DNA of 64,000 nt from Podarcis tiliguerta (taxonomy: Eukaryota): NCBI GenBank assembly GCA_965153285.1, contig OZ229110.1. The stretch is one strand, 5' to 3'. Below are positions 24,768 through 36,339 of the stretch, in pieces; the first letter of the stretch is position 1; each line of letters begins with the position of its first letter. Below the pieces are notes generated by a model. That model searched no databases. It was not told where the DNA came from and saw nothing but the letters and a program-made list of their open reading frames with translations. Made by a program: the position numbers and the translations under genes.

Positions 24768-25400
24768 CACGTGTTTAAGGTTGCATGCCTGTGCACTCTT
24801 ACCAAGCGAGCAAAACCCTATTGGGCTGGATGAAAGTAGGTTCTGAGTAACCATGCTTAGAATGGGGACCGTAGGAAACTGGTGGACAGACTGGTCCATC
24901 TAACTTCAGTGTTTGTGCCGATGGGCAGTGGCTCTCTAGGATTTTGGGTAGGAGTCTACCTTGAGATGCTTAGGGATTGAATCTGCACGCAGAGTGGATG
25001 TGCTGCCCCTGAACTATGATGCCTTCCGTGAATTGCAGTGCCAGTACTCCCATTTTGCATAGTGTGGTTGTCTCCTAAAATGGGGTTCCTCTACTGTTCT
25101 ATATTAGGCAGGACAATACCTGCACCAATGCCTTTTAGGTCTTAATTCACCAGGTGATATTAGTGTTTTTGCGGGTGGGGAACCCTTGGGTAACTCAGAA
25201 CTGTTCGAAGAAATGACTTTGCAACTTAATTTTAGGGGATGTCCCTATTTAACAGAAGGATGGCATCGTGAGACCAATATGCAACATAACAGATACCTGC
25301 CAATAGTGTCATGCAGTGTAAAATAGTGCAAGGGCTCACTGTGCCTTGTGGCTTCTTCTTAGATCTGGAGGAGGGGAGAGGTGTAACACAAGGGGGGAGA

Positions 25401-25520
25401 TTCAGGTTGGTAGCCATGTTGGTCTGACGCTGTCAAAATATATACATGAAAGCTTATACCAAGAACAAACTTAGTTGGTCTCTAAGGTGCTACTGGACAA
25501 TTTTTTTTATAGATTTTGAC
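25401..25520. mobile_element. Penelope-like element pLTR fragment
   Basis: GAAAGCTTATACCAAGAACAAACTTAGTTGGTCTCTAAGGTGCTACTGG; homologous to 49690-49880. Confidence 0.65.
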
Positions 25521-26680
25521 AAGGGGGAAGAGTGTATTGGGGTGGAGATGAGAAGGTGGAAATGCAAGTAAATCATATAGGGTTAGAGACAATGCAGTCA
25601 GGCAAGTGGGACAGTGATTAGATGGTAGTTCCCTAAAACTTTATATGCAAAGTGCCTAAGTATTCCAAACTCTTAGCAGGTGGAGCAATAGAAACATAGC
25701 CAGGGGCAGTCCTCAAAGCCACTTTCTGTTAACAGGAGAACTTGAACCTGTTTCACATCCAGGTAGTTTCATTCCTCCAACTTTGTTTGCTGGACCTTGC
25801 TAATTCTACCAAAACCTAAGAATGCTTAACATTTTGCTGTAGTTCACACTATTATTATGTTGCCATAGATTTAACTCCAGTACCATAGCATTCCAACCTT
25901 TATGTGCAGAATCTCACATACTTTCTTTTTCAGTATGTTTTACATTTTGTCATCTATCCTTCTTCTAAGTAGTTCATGAGGGCATGCACCGCCCCTCCAA
26001 TTTACCTGTGCAACAATGCATGGTTTGCTATGCTGAGGGGGAGCCACTAGTAGCAGCCTGCCTGAAGAGAGTCAATTTAAAAGTGGTTGATCAAATTAAT
26101 AGGTTTGTATTAGTAAGCCTCATTAAATATAAAGGACCTTATTCTGAGTAAACATACATGTTCTTATGCTACAGTGATCAGTACGTCATCACATGGTTCA
26201 CAAGATCTTCATCTGACCCACCAAAGAAATGATAATGCACACCCCTCTCTTACCATGAAAGATTTAAAAAAGTGCCACAGCACAGTTGAATATCCTATGG
26301 CTTGTATCCAATGTAGCACTAAGTGACCATCCTGTCAGTACAATGACTTCTCCTTACACAATAAGACTTTGCTGTTTCATCCCTCTATGTGTTCCCTGTG
26401 CCCTCCCCAAATCTGTTCTCAATGGTTAGGGGGAAATCCATAAAAATTTAGAGGCTGCAGATAGGGAGGGAGAGGGGGGAACTCCCACTGTGCAAGCATA
26501 AATCTTTGCACTGTCAGGTTTAATGGGGTACTGATCACTGTGGCATAAGGATGCTAACATTTTTCTCAGAAGGTTTCTAATTCTGTGGTAAAGTACTATG
26601 TTGAAAACATCTATCCATGTGTTACCATAAATTACTGACAGTCAGTGGATTATCTGCATTTGATAAATAAATGGATTTGG

Positions 26681-26682
<2 letters not shown>

Positions 26683-26727
<45 letters not shown>

Positions 26728-26833
26728 TATTATTTATACCCCGCCCATCTGGCTGGGTTTGCCCAGCCACTCTGGGCAGCTCCCAACCGAATGTTAAAAC
26801 ACAATACAGCATTAAGTATTAAAAACTTCCCTG
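26683..26833 (-). mobile_element. L2 3' tail with (AAT)n
   Basis: Reverse complement of the L2 3'UTR. Confidence 0.8.
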
Positions 26834-28531
26834 AACATAAGGAAAAGCATAAGGAATAATTTTGTTGTTTACCTGTGTTTTGTTATCCTTTTCATTTTTA
26901 TTACTTTCACTTATTTTAGAAGTACTTCAGCCCACAAACCTCCTTAGCCCTTTTCCCCCCTTTTGATGCACCCTACAAAGCAGACATAGGTTGTCCACAT
27001 TACACGCTGCTTACAGTGTTGTGAGTTTCATGTGAGCACATGAGGTTTTTTGTTGACTATATAATTTTGGGTGGCAAGTACAGGATTGTACTTTTAAAAG
27101 GTCCATATTTTTTAAAAAAATCTGCATTTAGGGAACAATTCTGCCTTTGGCATTAGCTTGAAAACTGGACAAGGAAAAAAAACCCTTCCAAAATTGCAAG
27201 TATTGATTTTTTTTTATTTTTAAGATGACATAGAAAGCAGCATGATCTAATTCATCATGTGAGACCAGCTTTTTTCCTGACTTCCAGAAGTTGCTTACTT
27301 TAGTGCTTCTCTTGACCTTCCCTTTCCTTCAGTTTTGGTGCAGAAGACCTGCATCCATCTACCTAAAGGAGGATAACCTGGGCTTCAGATGTCTGATGGT
27401 GATAGGAAAAGATGCACATCATGGAAGTGCACTGCAAAAAGTTCATGAAGTCTCTCTTCTGAGGATTGTCTATTTTGTTAACTTTTGAAACCCTTAAGAT
27501 ATAATGCTGCCTGATCAATTACTTTAAAAGTGTTACTATGTGCATTGCATATAGGCAGTCTTGTGGATAATTGCAGCACTTTACCCATCTTCTTGTACTT
27601 GCCTGTCACAGAATAACTGCCTGTAGTTTATTGAAATTAGCCAACGTTGTGGTTAATGAACCTGGCTTGTTACAGTAAAGCATAGTTAATTTGGCTGGGT
27701 TCTGTCGGGACCTTAAAAGCTGTGATTAGCTCAAAACAGAAATGGATGCTTTTGATCTCATTGAATGTGTGATAAGGGAGGGTAAAGGGAAATGCACAAG
27801 CCCAAGGCTTGAACACACAGTACTAAACCAGTCTTCCCCAAATCAGAGCCTTCTAAATGTTTTGGTCTACAATTAGTCTCGACCAAAATGGCCAGTGGTC
27901 AGAGATTATGCAAGTTTTTTAGTCTGAAACACCCAGATGGTACCAGGTTAGGGAAGGAGGCATTTAATTATGGTTTTGTGCTACGTGTAAACCAGGCCAC
28001 TGATCATTTCAGACTGCAAAGAGTTTGCCAACTTTGGTTTGGTGCCAGCTGTAGTTATACATTTAGTGTTAACCATAGTTAGCTGTGAAATTGGCAGAGT
28101 ACCCCCTTGATTGGCAGGCGGAGGTGGGGAGAGAACCATGTGGATTACAGATCAACCTGAAGCTATCTAAAAAATCACAACCCAAAAGGAAAGGGATTGG
28201 AAGGGAGGAGGAAGTAAGTCAGAGGTAGGGAACCCTATTCAGCCCAGGAGCCATATTTCCTCATGGACGACATTCTGGGGGCTGCATGGACAAGGCTAGA
28301 GGAAAAATTGGACAGAGCAACAAATGTGACTTAGTTCTGTACAAAGCCTGCAATTCACCTACAGTACACAAACGTCCAAAGTTACATACATGTCTACATG
28401 CACACTGCTACTCTGGAAAACAAGATACAATATCATGGTTCAGGAGCACATTCCAGCCAGGCAGAAGCATGTGAGGAAGGCGCGAGTGAACAGGGCCAGT
28501 GAGGGATTTGTGCTTGAGAGTGTCTCAAGAG

Positions 28532-28667
28532 CAGGCTTCCTCAACCTCGGCCCTCCAGATGTTTTGAGACTACAGTTCCCATCATCCCTAACCACTGGTC
28601 CTGCTAGCTAGGGATCATGGGAGTTGTAGGCCAAAAACATCTGGAGGGCCGAGGTGGAGGAAGCCCA
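28532..28667. mobile_element. Palindromic hAT MITE, family H
   Basis: Whole element is an imperfect hairpin; perfect 8-bp TSD CTCAAGAG. Confidence 0.88.
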
Positions 28668-28779
28668 CTCAAGAGCTTGATAGAGAGAACTGGAGGACTA
28701 TATTTGATCCATGAGCCAGAGAGGTGTCTCCCGCCCACCCAAATGAAATAAACAAACTCAAGGACCAGGTTTTCTGATA

Positions 28780-29021
28780 CAGTGGTACCTCGGGTTACAT
28801 ACGCTTCAGGTTGCATACGCTTCAGGTTACGGACTCCTCTAACCCAGAAATAGTACCTTGGGTTAAGAGCTTTGCTTCAGGATGAGAACAGAAATTGTGC
28901 AGCGGCGGCACAGCAGCAGCAGGAGGCCCCGTTAGCTAAAGTAGTTCTTCAGGTTAAGAACAGTTTCAGGTTAAGAACAGACCTCCAGAACGAATTAAGT
29001 ACTTAACCCGAGGTACCACTG
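28780..29021 (+). mobile_element. Family A MITE
   Basis: Both TIRs and TA TSD. Confidence 0.88.
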
Positions 29022-29616
29022 TATGTCTACTCCAAGCTCTAGAAAACTGCATATTGTTATCTTTTGAAGACTGCTATAGGCTTAATGTTGATATGATTTT
29101 CACAATGTGCTATAAACTAGGATTGCTCTTCTAGGAACTGGAGCTATTTATGTATGAAGCTGAATTGATAACAAGAAAGTAGTGTCAGAATTCCATTTCT
29201 GATAACTAATTTGATGGGCATAGGGTTCAGTTGTGAAAAGGCTGATTGGTACTGCAGTAGATTACTCATGTGATAATAACTGATCATTTCAGCTGAGCTG
29301 AGGATTTTGGCTAGACAACTTTTAATTTGCTAATTAAGATAATTAAGGTTTTGTTTTGAAAGAGACGCAGATTTAGAGGGAGTGAACAGCTCTGAATTTC
29401 ATTTAGGCTGCAATCTTATACACACTTCACATGAGTAAATCCCATTGAACTCAGTGGGACATCAATTGAGAAGACGTACACAGAAGTACACTGCCATTGT
29501 AAAGTATTCAGGATTTTTCTGATTTGGGGAAGAAAAACAACAACAAGCACACATGCTACCATGATTTATGCTTTCTCCAAAATACAGGTTTGATTCCAAT
29601 TTCTGCTGTTGAAGTA

Positions 29617-30039
29617 ATGTTGTGGTTGTTGTTTAGTCGTGTCCGACTCTTCATGACCCCATGGACCAGAGCACACCAGGCACTCCTGTCTTCCACTGCC
29701 GCCTGCAGTTTGGTCAGACTCATGTTTGTAGCTTGGAGAACACTGTCCAACCATCTCATCCTCTGTCGTCCCCTTCTCCTTGTGCCCTCCATCTTTCCCA
29801 GCATCAGGGTCTTTTCCAGGGAGTCTTCTCATGAGGTGGCCAAAGTATTGGAGCCTCAGCTTCATGATCTGTCCTTCCAGTGAGCACTCAGGGCTGATTT
29901 CCTTAAGAATGGATAGGTTTGATCTTCTTGCAGTCCATGGGACTCTCCAGAGTCTCCTCCAGCACCATAACTCAGAAGCATCAATTCCTCGGCGATCAGC
30001 CTTCTTTATGGTCCAGCTCTCACTTCCATACATCACTAA
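29617..30039 (-). mobile_element. BovB 3' fragment
   Basis: VMYGSESWTIKKADRR...SRTRLN; TSD TTGAAGTA (29609-29616 and 30040-30047). Confidence 0.92.
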
Positions 30040-30556
30040 TTGAAGTATGGTATGACCATGAATGGTTTTTGTTTTTTTCATTTACCCCACCATTTTTACA
30101 GCTGTGATCGTTACACCACTGTAATTTGGTAAAATTGCAAAGATTACAAGTTTGATATCTAACAGCAGCTCTCAGGATGTGGCTGATGTGCTTGTATACA
30201 AAAGAAACCTCATAATGCAAAAATGTATTGCCTGAGCGCAAACTAGCCATTTCGTTTCCATTTATCTCAGAGGATAAGCATGCCTATTTCTGCTGGTGGC
30301 TGCTGAAGACATCTACAGTACCTATGTATGCTTTTTATTTCTAATACAGCTGTTTTATGCAAAACTTGCACAAAACAGCTATATTCAAAACAAGATTGGT
30401 CCTTCAGGATATAAAGAGGAATTGGTAGCTACAGAATTTGCAACCCATTGTGCAAGATGAGGAAATGCCCCGTGTTGACTTTAAGAACCATATAAATATC
30501 TCAAATGTTTTCCAAGAGCCAAAACTGAAATATTTGATAATATCTCAAATGCAGTC

Positions 30557-30797
30557 CAGTGGTACCTCGGTTTAAGAACAGCCCTGTTTACGAACTATTC
30601 GGTATAAGAACTCCGCAAAACCAGAAGTAGTGTTCCGGTTAGCGCACTTTACCTCGGTCTACGAATAGAAGTTGAACGGTGGAAGGGCACCAGCAGTGGG
30701 AGGCCTCGTTAGGGAAAGCACACCTCGGTTTAAGAACGGTTTTGGTTTAAGAACGAACTTCCGGAACAAATTACGTTCGTAAACCAAGGTACCACTG
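30557..30797. mobile_element. Tc1/pogo-type MITE (sister of family A)
   Basis: CAGTGGTACCTCGGTTTA...TAAACCAAGGTACCACTG-TA. Confidence 0.8.
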
Positions 30798-30872
30798 TAC
30801 ACTTATAGCTTAGATATTCAAACAAATCTGAAGCAGTACCTAGTAACTGTTTTATTGTAATATTTGTTGGTA

Positions 30873-31090
30873 CGGTCATACCTCGTGTTGCGTTCCACTC
30901 TTCTTACGGACTTTCAGCTTACAAATGTGGCAAACCTGGAAGTGTTTACTTCCGGGTTCGCCACCTGCACATGCGCAGAAGTGCTCGATCATGCCACGCA
31001 CATGTGCAGAAGAGGCGCTCTAGTTGCGGACTTTTTGGGGTGCGAACAGCACCCCGAAACTGATTAAGTCCGCAACTAGAGGTACTGCTG
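30873..31090. mobile_element. Tc1/pogo-type MITE related to 11453-11704
   Basis: TA-CGGTCATACCTCGTGTTGCG...CGCAACTAGAGGTACTGCTG-TA. Confidence 0.7.
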
Positions 31091-32269
31091 TATTTTAAAG
31101 ACTTCTTTTGCAAGTTAGTAACTTACATTTTTGCAAGTTAGTAACTTACATAGAAGGCTGAACTAGACTGTGTCACATTGTGATATTCTATGCAATAAAG
31201 TGGTCAGGATAGGTAAACCAGTTGGTTTGTACTTCTGTTACTGCTGCATGGATATTAACATTCAGAAAAAGGTATTACATTGGTGTGAATTTCTACTTTC
31301 CTGTTTTCTTCACCTAATGCACTTGTTCTGAAGGAGCATTTTTAAGGAAGCAGCAGCAGCTGTACTTCAGTCCAGTAAGACTGAAGAGCTGATTACCTAT
31401 TTATAGACTGTGCACAAAGCATCTTTGCAATGGAACATTGCCCTCCATAGTATGCTGTTACCTTAGGCTCCAGAGCATGGTTGTGCAGATCTGAAATTGA
31501 TTTATAAGTATTCCCAGGGATTATTTTGAGAGAAGGAAACCAAAACTTATGAGATGAGGACCACAAATCACTAACTAATTTTATTTCGTGTTTATTTATT
31601 AAAAATTAAATACCAAACTTAATGGCCTTTATGCTAGACTTCAAATTGTCTGTGGTTCTTATGTTTCTGAAACCAATTTATATTAATGTTATTTATTAAC
31701 TGAGGAGTTGTAAGCAAGTGCTGAAGAGAAGAAACTGTCAAGCGCTTAGTTAGAAGGTTGGCACTCTATAGCCTATGGCAGATAATAGTATCCAGATGGA
31801 TCCCTTTGAAGATTTTGATATATTTTTTTTAATGATGGCAGCAGTGAGATTGGCCTTAGGTGTTAGCAGCCCTTTAGACTGAATTAACCAATGTGCATTG
31901 ACATATTTTGAATCTTAATTGTGTGAATATTCCATGTTGTACAGCACCTTGCTGTGTTTTTTTGAAAGTGTGCTGTATAAATATTTAAATAATAATAAAC
32001 AGTGCAGAAACTTCAGGTGTCCTATTGGATCACATCACTGATGAGGTTTTTCAAAATATCTATCATAGTATCCACAGGGCATGTATTAGTTAAGTACTTA
32101 TCACTTACAGCTGATACAGTTTTATAGACTTCCCTGTAGATTGCATCTAATGTGCTAAATAAACAATGTCTTCATTACATCTCATTCATGTTACTGTGGG
32201 ATTGACAGATAATGTTAAGAATGAAAATTAACTTTACCTTTGTCTTGAAAACCAGGGATTTTGGATATT

Positions 32270-32383
32270 ATGGCAACTGAAGCCCAAAATGTTAGAAAAC
32301 GAATGCTATTGTATAGTGACGGTCGTCCTGTTGATCTCCCTAGAAAAAGGAGTTCTTATTCCATTAATGAGAACATGAAGGAG
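32270..32383 (+). CDS. KATNBL1: KATNB1-like protein 1, coding exon 1 (exon starts 32256; MATEAQNVRKR...NMKE)
   Basis: accag| acceptor, attATGG Kozak context, GAG|gtaagc donor; aligns by recall with human MASETHNVKKR...DLPRKK...NMKE. Confidence 0.93.
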
Positions 32384-32685
32384 GTAAGCTTTTACATTTT
32401 CATCTAGATCATATAACTAGTTTTCTAAGGCAAGACATACACAGCTAGTTCTATTGTTGTGTTGTGTGTTGTGAGTGACCTCCCATTCAGAGCTGTAAAG
32501 GGTCATTAGTTCCAATATTATAATCAGCAAGAGCAACAAATACCCAGTAGCTCCAGTTGCTTTTTTATTTACAGTTTATAAAAACAAATAAAACTATTAC
32601 AATTATAAAACACATATAACTCTTCTATTTTTTATTTATTTATTTTAATCAGCCTCGCATTGGGAAATTTCCAGGCGCCTTAGAA

Positions 32686-32818
32686 CAGCCTTTCTCAACC
32701 ATTGGTCCCTAGTTGTTGAACTACAATTTCCATCATACTTGACCACTGGTCCTGCTAGCTAGGGATGATGGGAGTTGTAGTCAAACAACATTGGAGGACG
32801 CAAGGTTGAGAAAGGCTG
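32686..32818. mobile_element. Family H palindromic hAT MITE
   Basis: TIR CAGCCTTTCTCAACC/GGTTGAGAAAGGCTG; degenerate TSD CCTTAGAA/CCCTAGAG. Confidence 0.8.
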
Positions 32819-34170
32819 CCCTAGAGAGTTATATAATTTAACGTGTTTATTTTATTTGTATTTAGTAAACAAAGAGAAAAAACATTAAAACAGTCAAGGT
32901 TGCCAAATATTGTATATTAAACTGGCATCCATTCATTGTTACCAATGAATTGATAAAATAGAAAAATTTCCATGAGAAAACTTAAGCACTGGAAAACTTG
33001 CTGCTCTACATCACTGACAACATGTACAAGAACCTCTTCAGCCAAACCAGATGCCATCATGAAGGGGGTGTGGTTGACAGCCTTCATAAATATTGTCTTA
33101 TAGAGAGTCTGTGGCTGTCATGATTCACTAGTTTATGTTTCTAAACAGAATGAAATGATGGGCTTATAAAGAACATGCTTAGGCCATCCAGAAGAGGCAA
33201 ATACAGAAAATGGCTGCTAATTTCTAGAAATATTCAGATAGATCTACCTATCTACCCATTTCAACATGGGGAAGGTGTTCTCACTAATTTGCCAAGCATG
33301 AGCCCTTCTTTATAACTGAACCTTCAGGGGTAAGATCTACTTGACAAATAGCTTCCTTTTCCTTCTACACCCCTCCTTGTAACCCATCCATCTATTGGAC
33401 TCTTACATTATTTTGAGTCAGTGTGAGGTGATTCAGTTCATGGAGCATGATTGTGATTGTGCATTCAGTTGAAGAAGGAAGCTTTCCACGTTTGGGTTAA
33501 AATGTGAAAAGCACAAAAATGAGCCTAAACAAATTAAAAGCAATGGGGATAGGTGATGAATTCTACATGTTTGATAGCAACACAGTTAAAACATGAGAAA
33601 CCATTTTCTTCCAAAACCATGCTGTCCACTACCAAAAGGATTGTGAGTGAAAATGCCCTTTTAATTTATAACACCAAAGGTAGCAACAGAAAAGTGGTTT
33701 GTATTGTTACCTTACCTTTTTGTGGGGAGTCCCAATGAGTCAGAATATCAAATGTTAGAACATTCAAATGCTGAACGGTCTCACTATAAACATACTGATA
33801 ATATGACAGATAATAGCTCACTTGGTGTGCTGAAGAAATCATCCTCAACCATATTATCTTCTCAAGCTGTTGGCAGACTTATCTAAGACCCTGGCAATCA
33901 AATGTACTCTTTCCGCCACATTTTATTAGTAAAGACTGATATTATAACACAGGTTGTAATACAAAGTTTTCTCTGATGTCATAATCCCACCTCTTGCAAT
34001 GGATGTCACAATATCATGTCCCTCAGCTAGATGCTCAGAGCAGCCATAAATATTGCTTGTTGTATACAACAATTGAAACAAGGAGGAAAAAAACAGAAAA
34101 TCAGACACATAGAAAATTAATAGTATGTTTTTTCATTCTTGTTTATAACATATATGCTGTTTATTTCTAG

Positions 34171-34211
34171 GGTAAGAAATCTGCAAAACATTTGGCTTCT
34201 TCCACAGGCAG
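34171..34211 (+). CDS. KATNBL1: KATNBL1 coding exon 2 (GKKSAKHLASSTG-R)
   Basis: tttctag| and CAG|gtaaga; 41 nt keeps the frame; matches human VKKSPKQLAAYINR. Confidence 0.88.
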
Positions 34212-34872
34212 GTAAGAGCTGCTTCTCTTAATCTTGGAGACTGGATTCTACAACTGATCAATTTAGACAAGTCCCTTTTCCAATTATCAGTGAAGAATAT
34301 TGAATGAGCATCTTTTAGCCCAGTTTCTTAGAAGTTAGTTTAGCAGTAACTCAGGTTTATTTTTTTAAGTTACCACTTGGTTTGTCTGGAGCAAAGCAAA
34401 CCGCAAACCATGGCTTAGCTCTGGGTTATGTAACAGCAGAATGACTTGGGGAGGGGCAAAGCAGCCACAGTTTTTACATGGTTGCATGTTTGCGTTTAGC
34501 CATGGTTTGGGTTAGCATTGTGTGTGAACTGGACCAGTAACTTGGCTTTCTAGTAAATGAGTTAATGCAGTGTTTCATACCCCCACATCACTATCCAAGT
34601 GCCCATTTTGCATCAGTATAATGATACATTAAAGATTGTTCAGATCCTGACACTCATATTACCAAAGTAATTGATAAAAGTGTTTCTCATGTAAGTCAGA
34701 TTGCAGATTTAAATTGTGTCAGTTCAGTCCTCCTTGAATTAAAAAATGTTATAAAACTCAATGCAGGATGCTACTATGGTAGATAAAAACTTACTGCAAA
34801 ATATCATAATACAGCATGCACTATACATAATGATTTTGACTAGATACTAAACTCATTGCTTTGTTTTTGCAG

Positions 34873-35155
34873 AACAGCTGCTGGGCAAACATTGACCAGC
34901 CCCCATCCTCTGTTCAAAGTAGTATATTGCAGAAGAAAAGCTCACTATTATACTCCAAAGCCTTGTTTCAGAAAGAAACAGCTCCCGAAAGTCAAGAGCC
35001 GTGACATGGCAAATAAGGAAAATGAACTGGCATGTGCAGCTGATCTGCCAGCAAAACTGCCTGCTGACGGTCGTACTTTCTTACTAAACTCCAGTGATTC
35101 TGGCCGATCTCAAACAGAAAGTCCATCATCAAAGTACAGTGGATTTTTTTCAGAG
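34873..35155 (+). CDS. KATNBL1: KATNBL1 coding exon 3 (...[12 protein letters not shown]...[12 protein letters not shown])
   Basis: tttttgcag| and GAG|gtaagt; near-identical to recalled human motifs. Confidence 0.97.
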
Positions 35156-35398
35156 GTAAGTTAAATGTTACGTGATACTTGTTTTAAAATGAAAAGCTGG
35201 AATCTTAAGACTGCTGGCTTACTTCCAGTCTTAGTTGTTTAGTAGGGCTTGGATTTTGTAACCATTATATTTTAAAATGTTGGTCAGATAGCCTGTAAGG
35301 AACTGTACATGATAGCTGTAATTAGAACCAGCAGGATACAAACAGTATAGGTTGATAGTTGTTGGTTCATAGTGGCTAAATTGTTCTCATGTCTCTAG

Positions 35399-35517
35399 GT
35401 TTCAGAAGATCATGATACTATGGCACAGGTTCTCTTCAGTAGAAACCTCCGGTTGAATGTAGCTTTAACTTTCTGGAGGAGAAGAAGTATAAGCGAGCTC
35501 GTAGCCTATTTAATAAG
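35399..35517 (+). CDS. KATNBL1: KATNBL1 coding exon 4 ([40 protein letters not shown])
   Basis: ctctag| and AAG|gtaaat; start of the katanin con80 domain. Confidence 0.97.
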
Positions 35518-35914
35518 GTAAATATGAAAAATATCACTGGTACAATCCAGTCCACAATGGTTTCAGTGCTTGTATGTGGAGGATTCCCACTCCATCAGAG
35601 GCAGAGGGCTGGATGAGAATGTAGAAATCATGCACAGACCACCCATTCACCTCAGTGGCCCATGTACTCCTTTTGCAAGTATCCACTGAAAGGAGACAGC
35701 AGGACTCTAAAACTTGTCGGACTAATAATGCAGGTGCTGTGTAAAGTTTGCATGTCGTCTTTTCTCTTTCCTTTTTTTACTGCAGCTATCCTTAGTCTGC
35801 GGTATTTAAATGCATGTGCTGGCTCATGAATTCTTGAGCTTAAAAGTTTCAAGTCTAGAAGAATTACATAGAGCTGTGTCTAATCGTGTACATTTTTTTT
35901 ACTGATGTTTCCAG

Positions 35915-35965
35915 GATACAAGATCTGGGTGTGGTGGTAGACTGCCTTCCTGTTCTTACCAGCAG
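35915..35965 (+). CDS. KATNBL1: KATNBL1 coding exon 5 (IQDLGVVVDCLPVLTS)
   Basis: ttccag| and CAG|gtaaaa; followed by an 84-nt intron. Confidence 0.96.
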
Positions 35966-36049
35966 GTAAAAATTACACCTGGGGTAGGGGTTTGTGGAGC
36001 TCAGATTTATAAGAGCAAGTTTATGTATACTGACATTATCTTGTTTCAG

Positions 36050-36139
36050 TTTACAGGAAGAAAAACCATATATTTCTGTGGGCTGCTGTGTAGACCTTCT
36101 ACCATTAGTTAGATCACTGCTTAAGAGCAAATTTGAAGA
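36050..36139 (+). CDS. KATNBL1: KATNBL1 coding exon 6 ([30 protein letters not shown])
   Basis: gtttcag| and AGA|gtaagt. Confidence 0.96.
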
Positions 36140-36339
36140 GTAAGTTTTAAAATATAATTCTCTTCATATGAATGTTTAGATGCTGACAAAGTAAAGGTTA
36201 ATCTTCTTTCACTGGCTGGTCCAATTTTTTAAGCTCTCTTTGTGCTAAGGGGACTGTGGGCTTCAGTTCTGAAACTGCCTTGGTCACGATTGCCTGTGTT
36301 AGGAGAAAGACAGGGCGGGGAATCTGTTCCTTCTGAGAC

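Noticed and set aside
27333-27400. Strong acceptor in KATNBL1 intron 1 (possible extra 5'UTR exon)
   Set aside because: No convincing donor downstream; noted because it would alter the uORF model.
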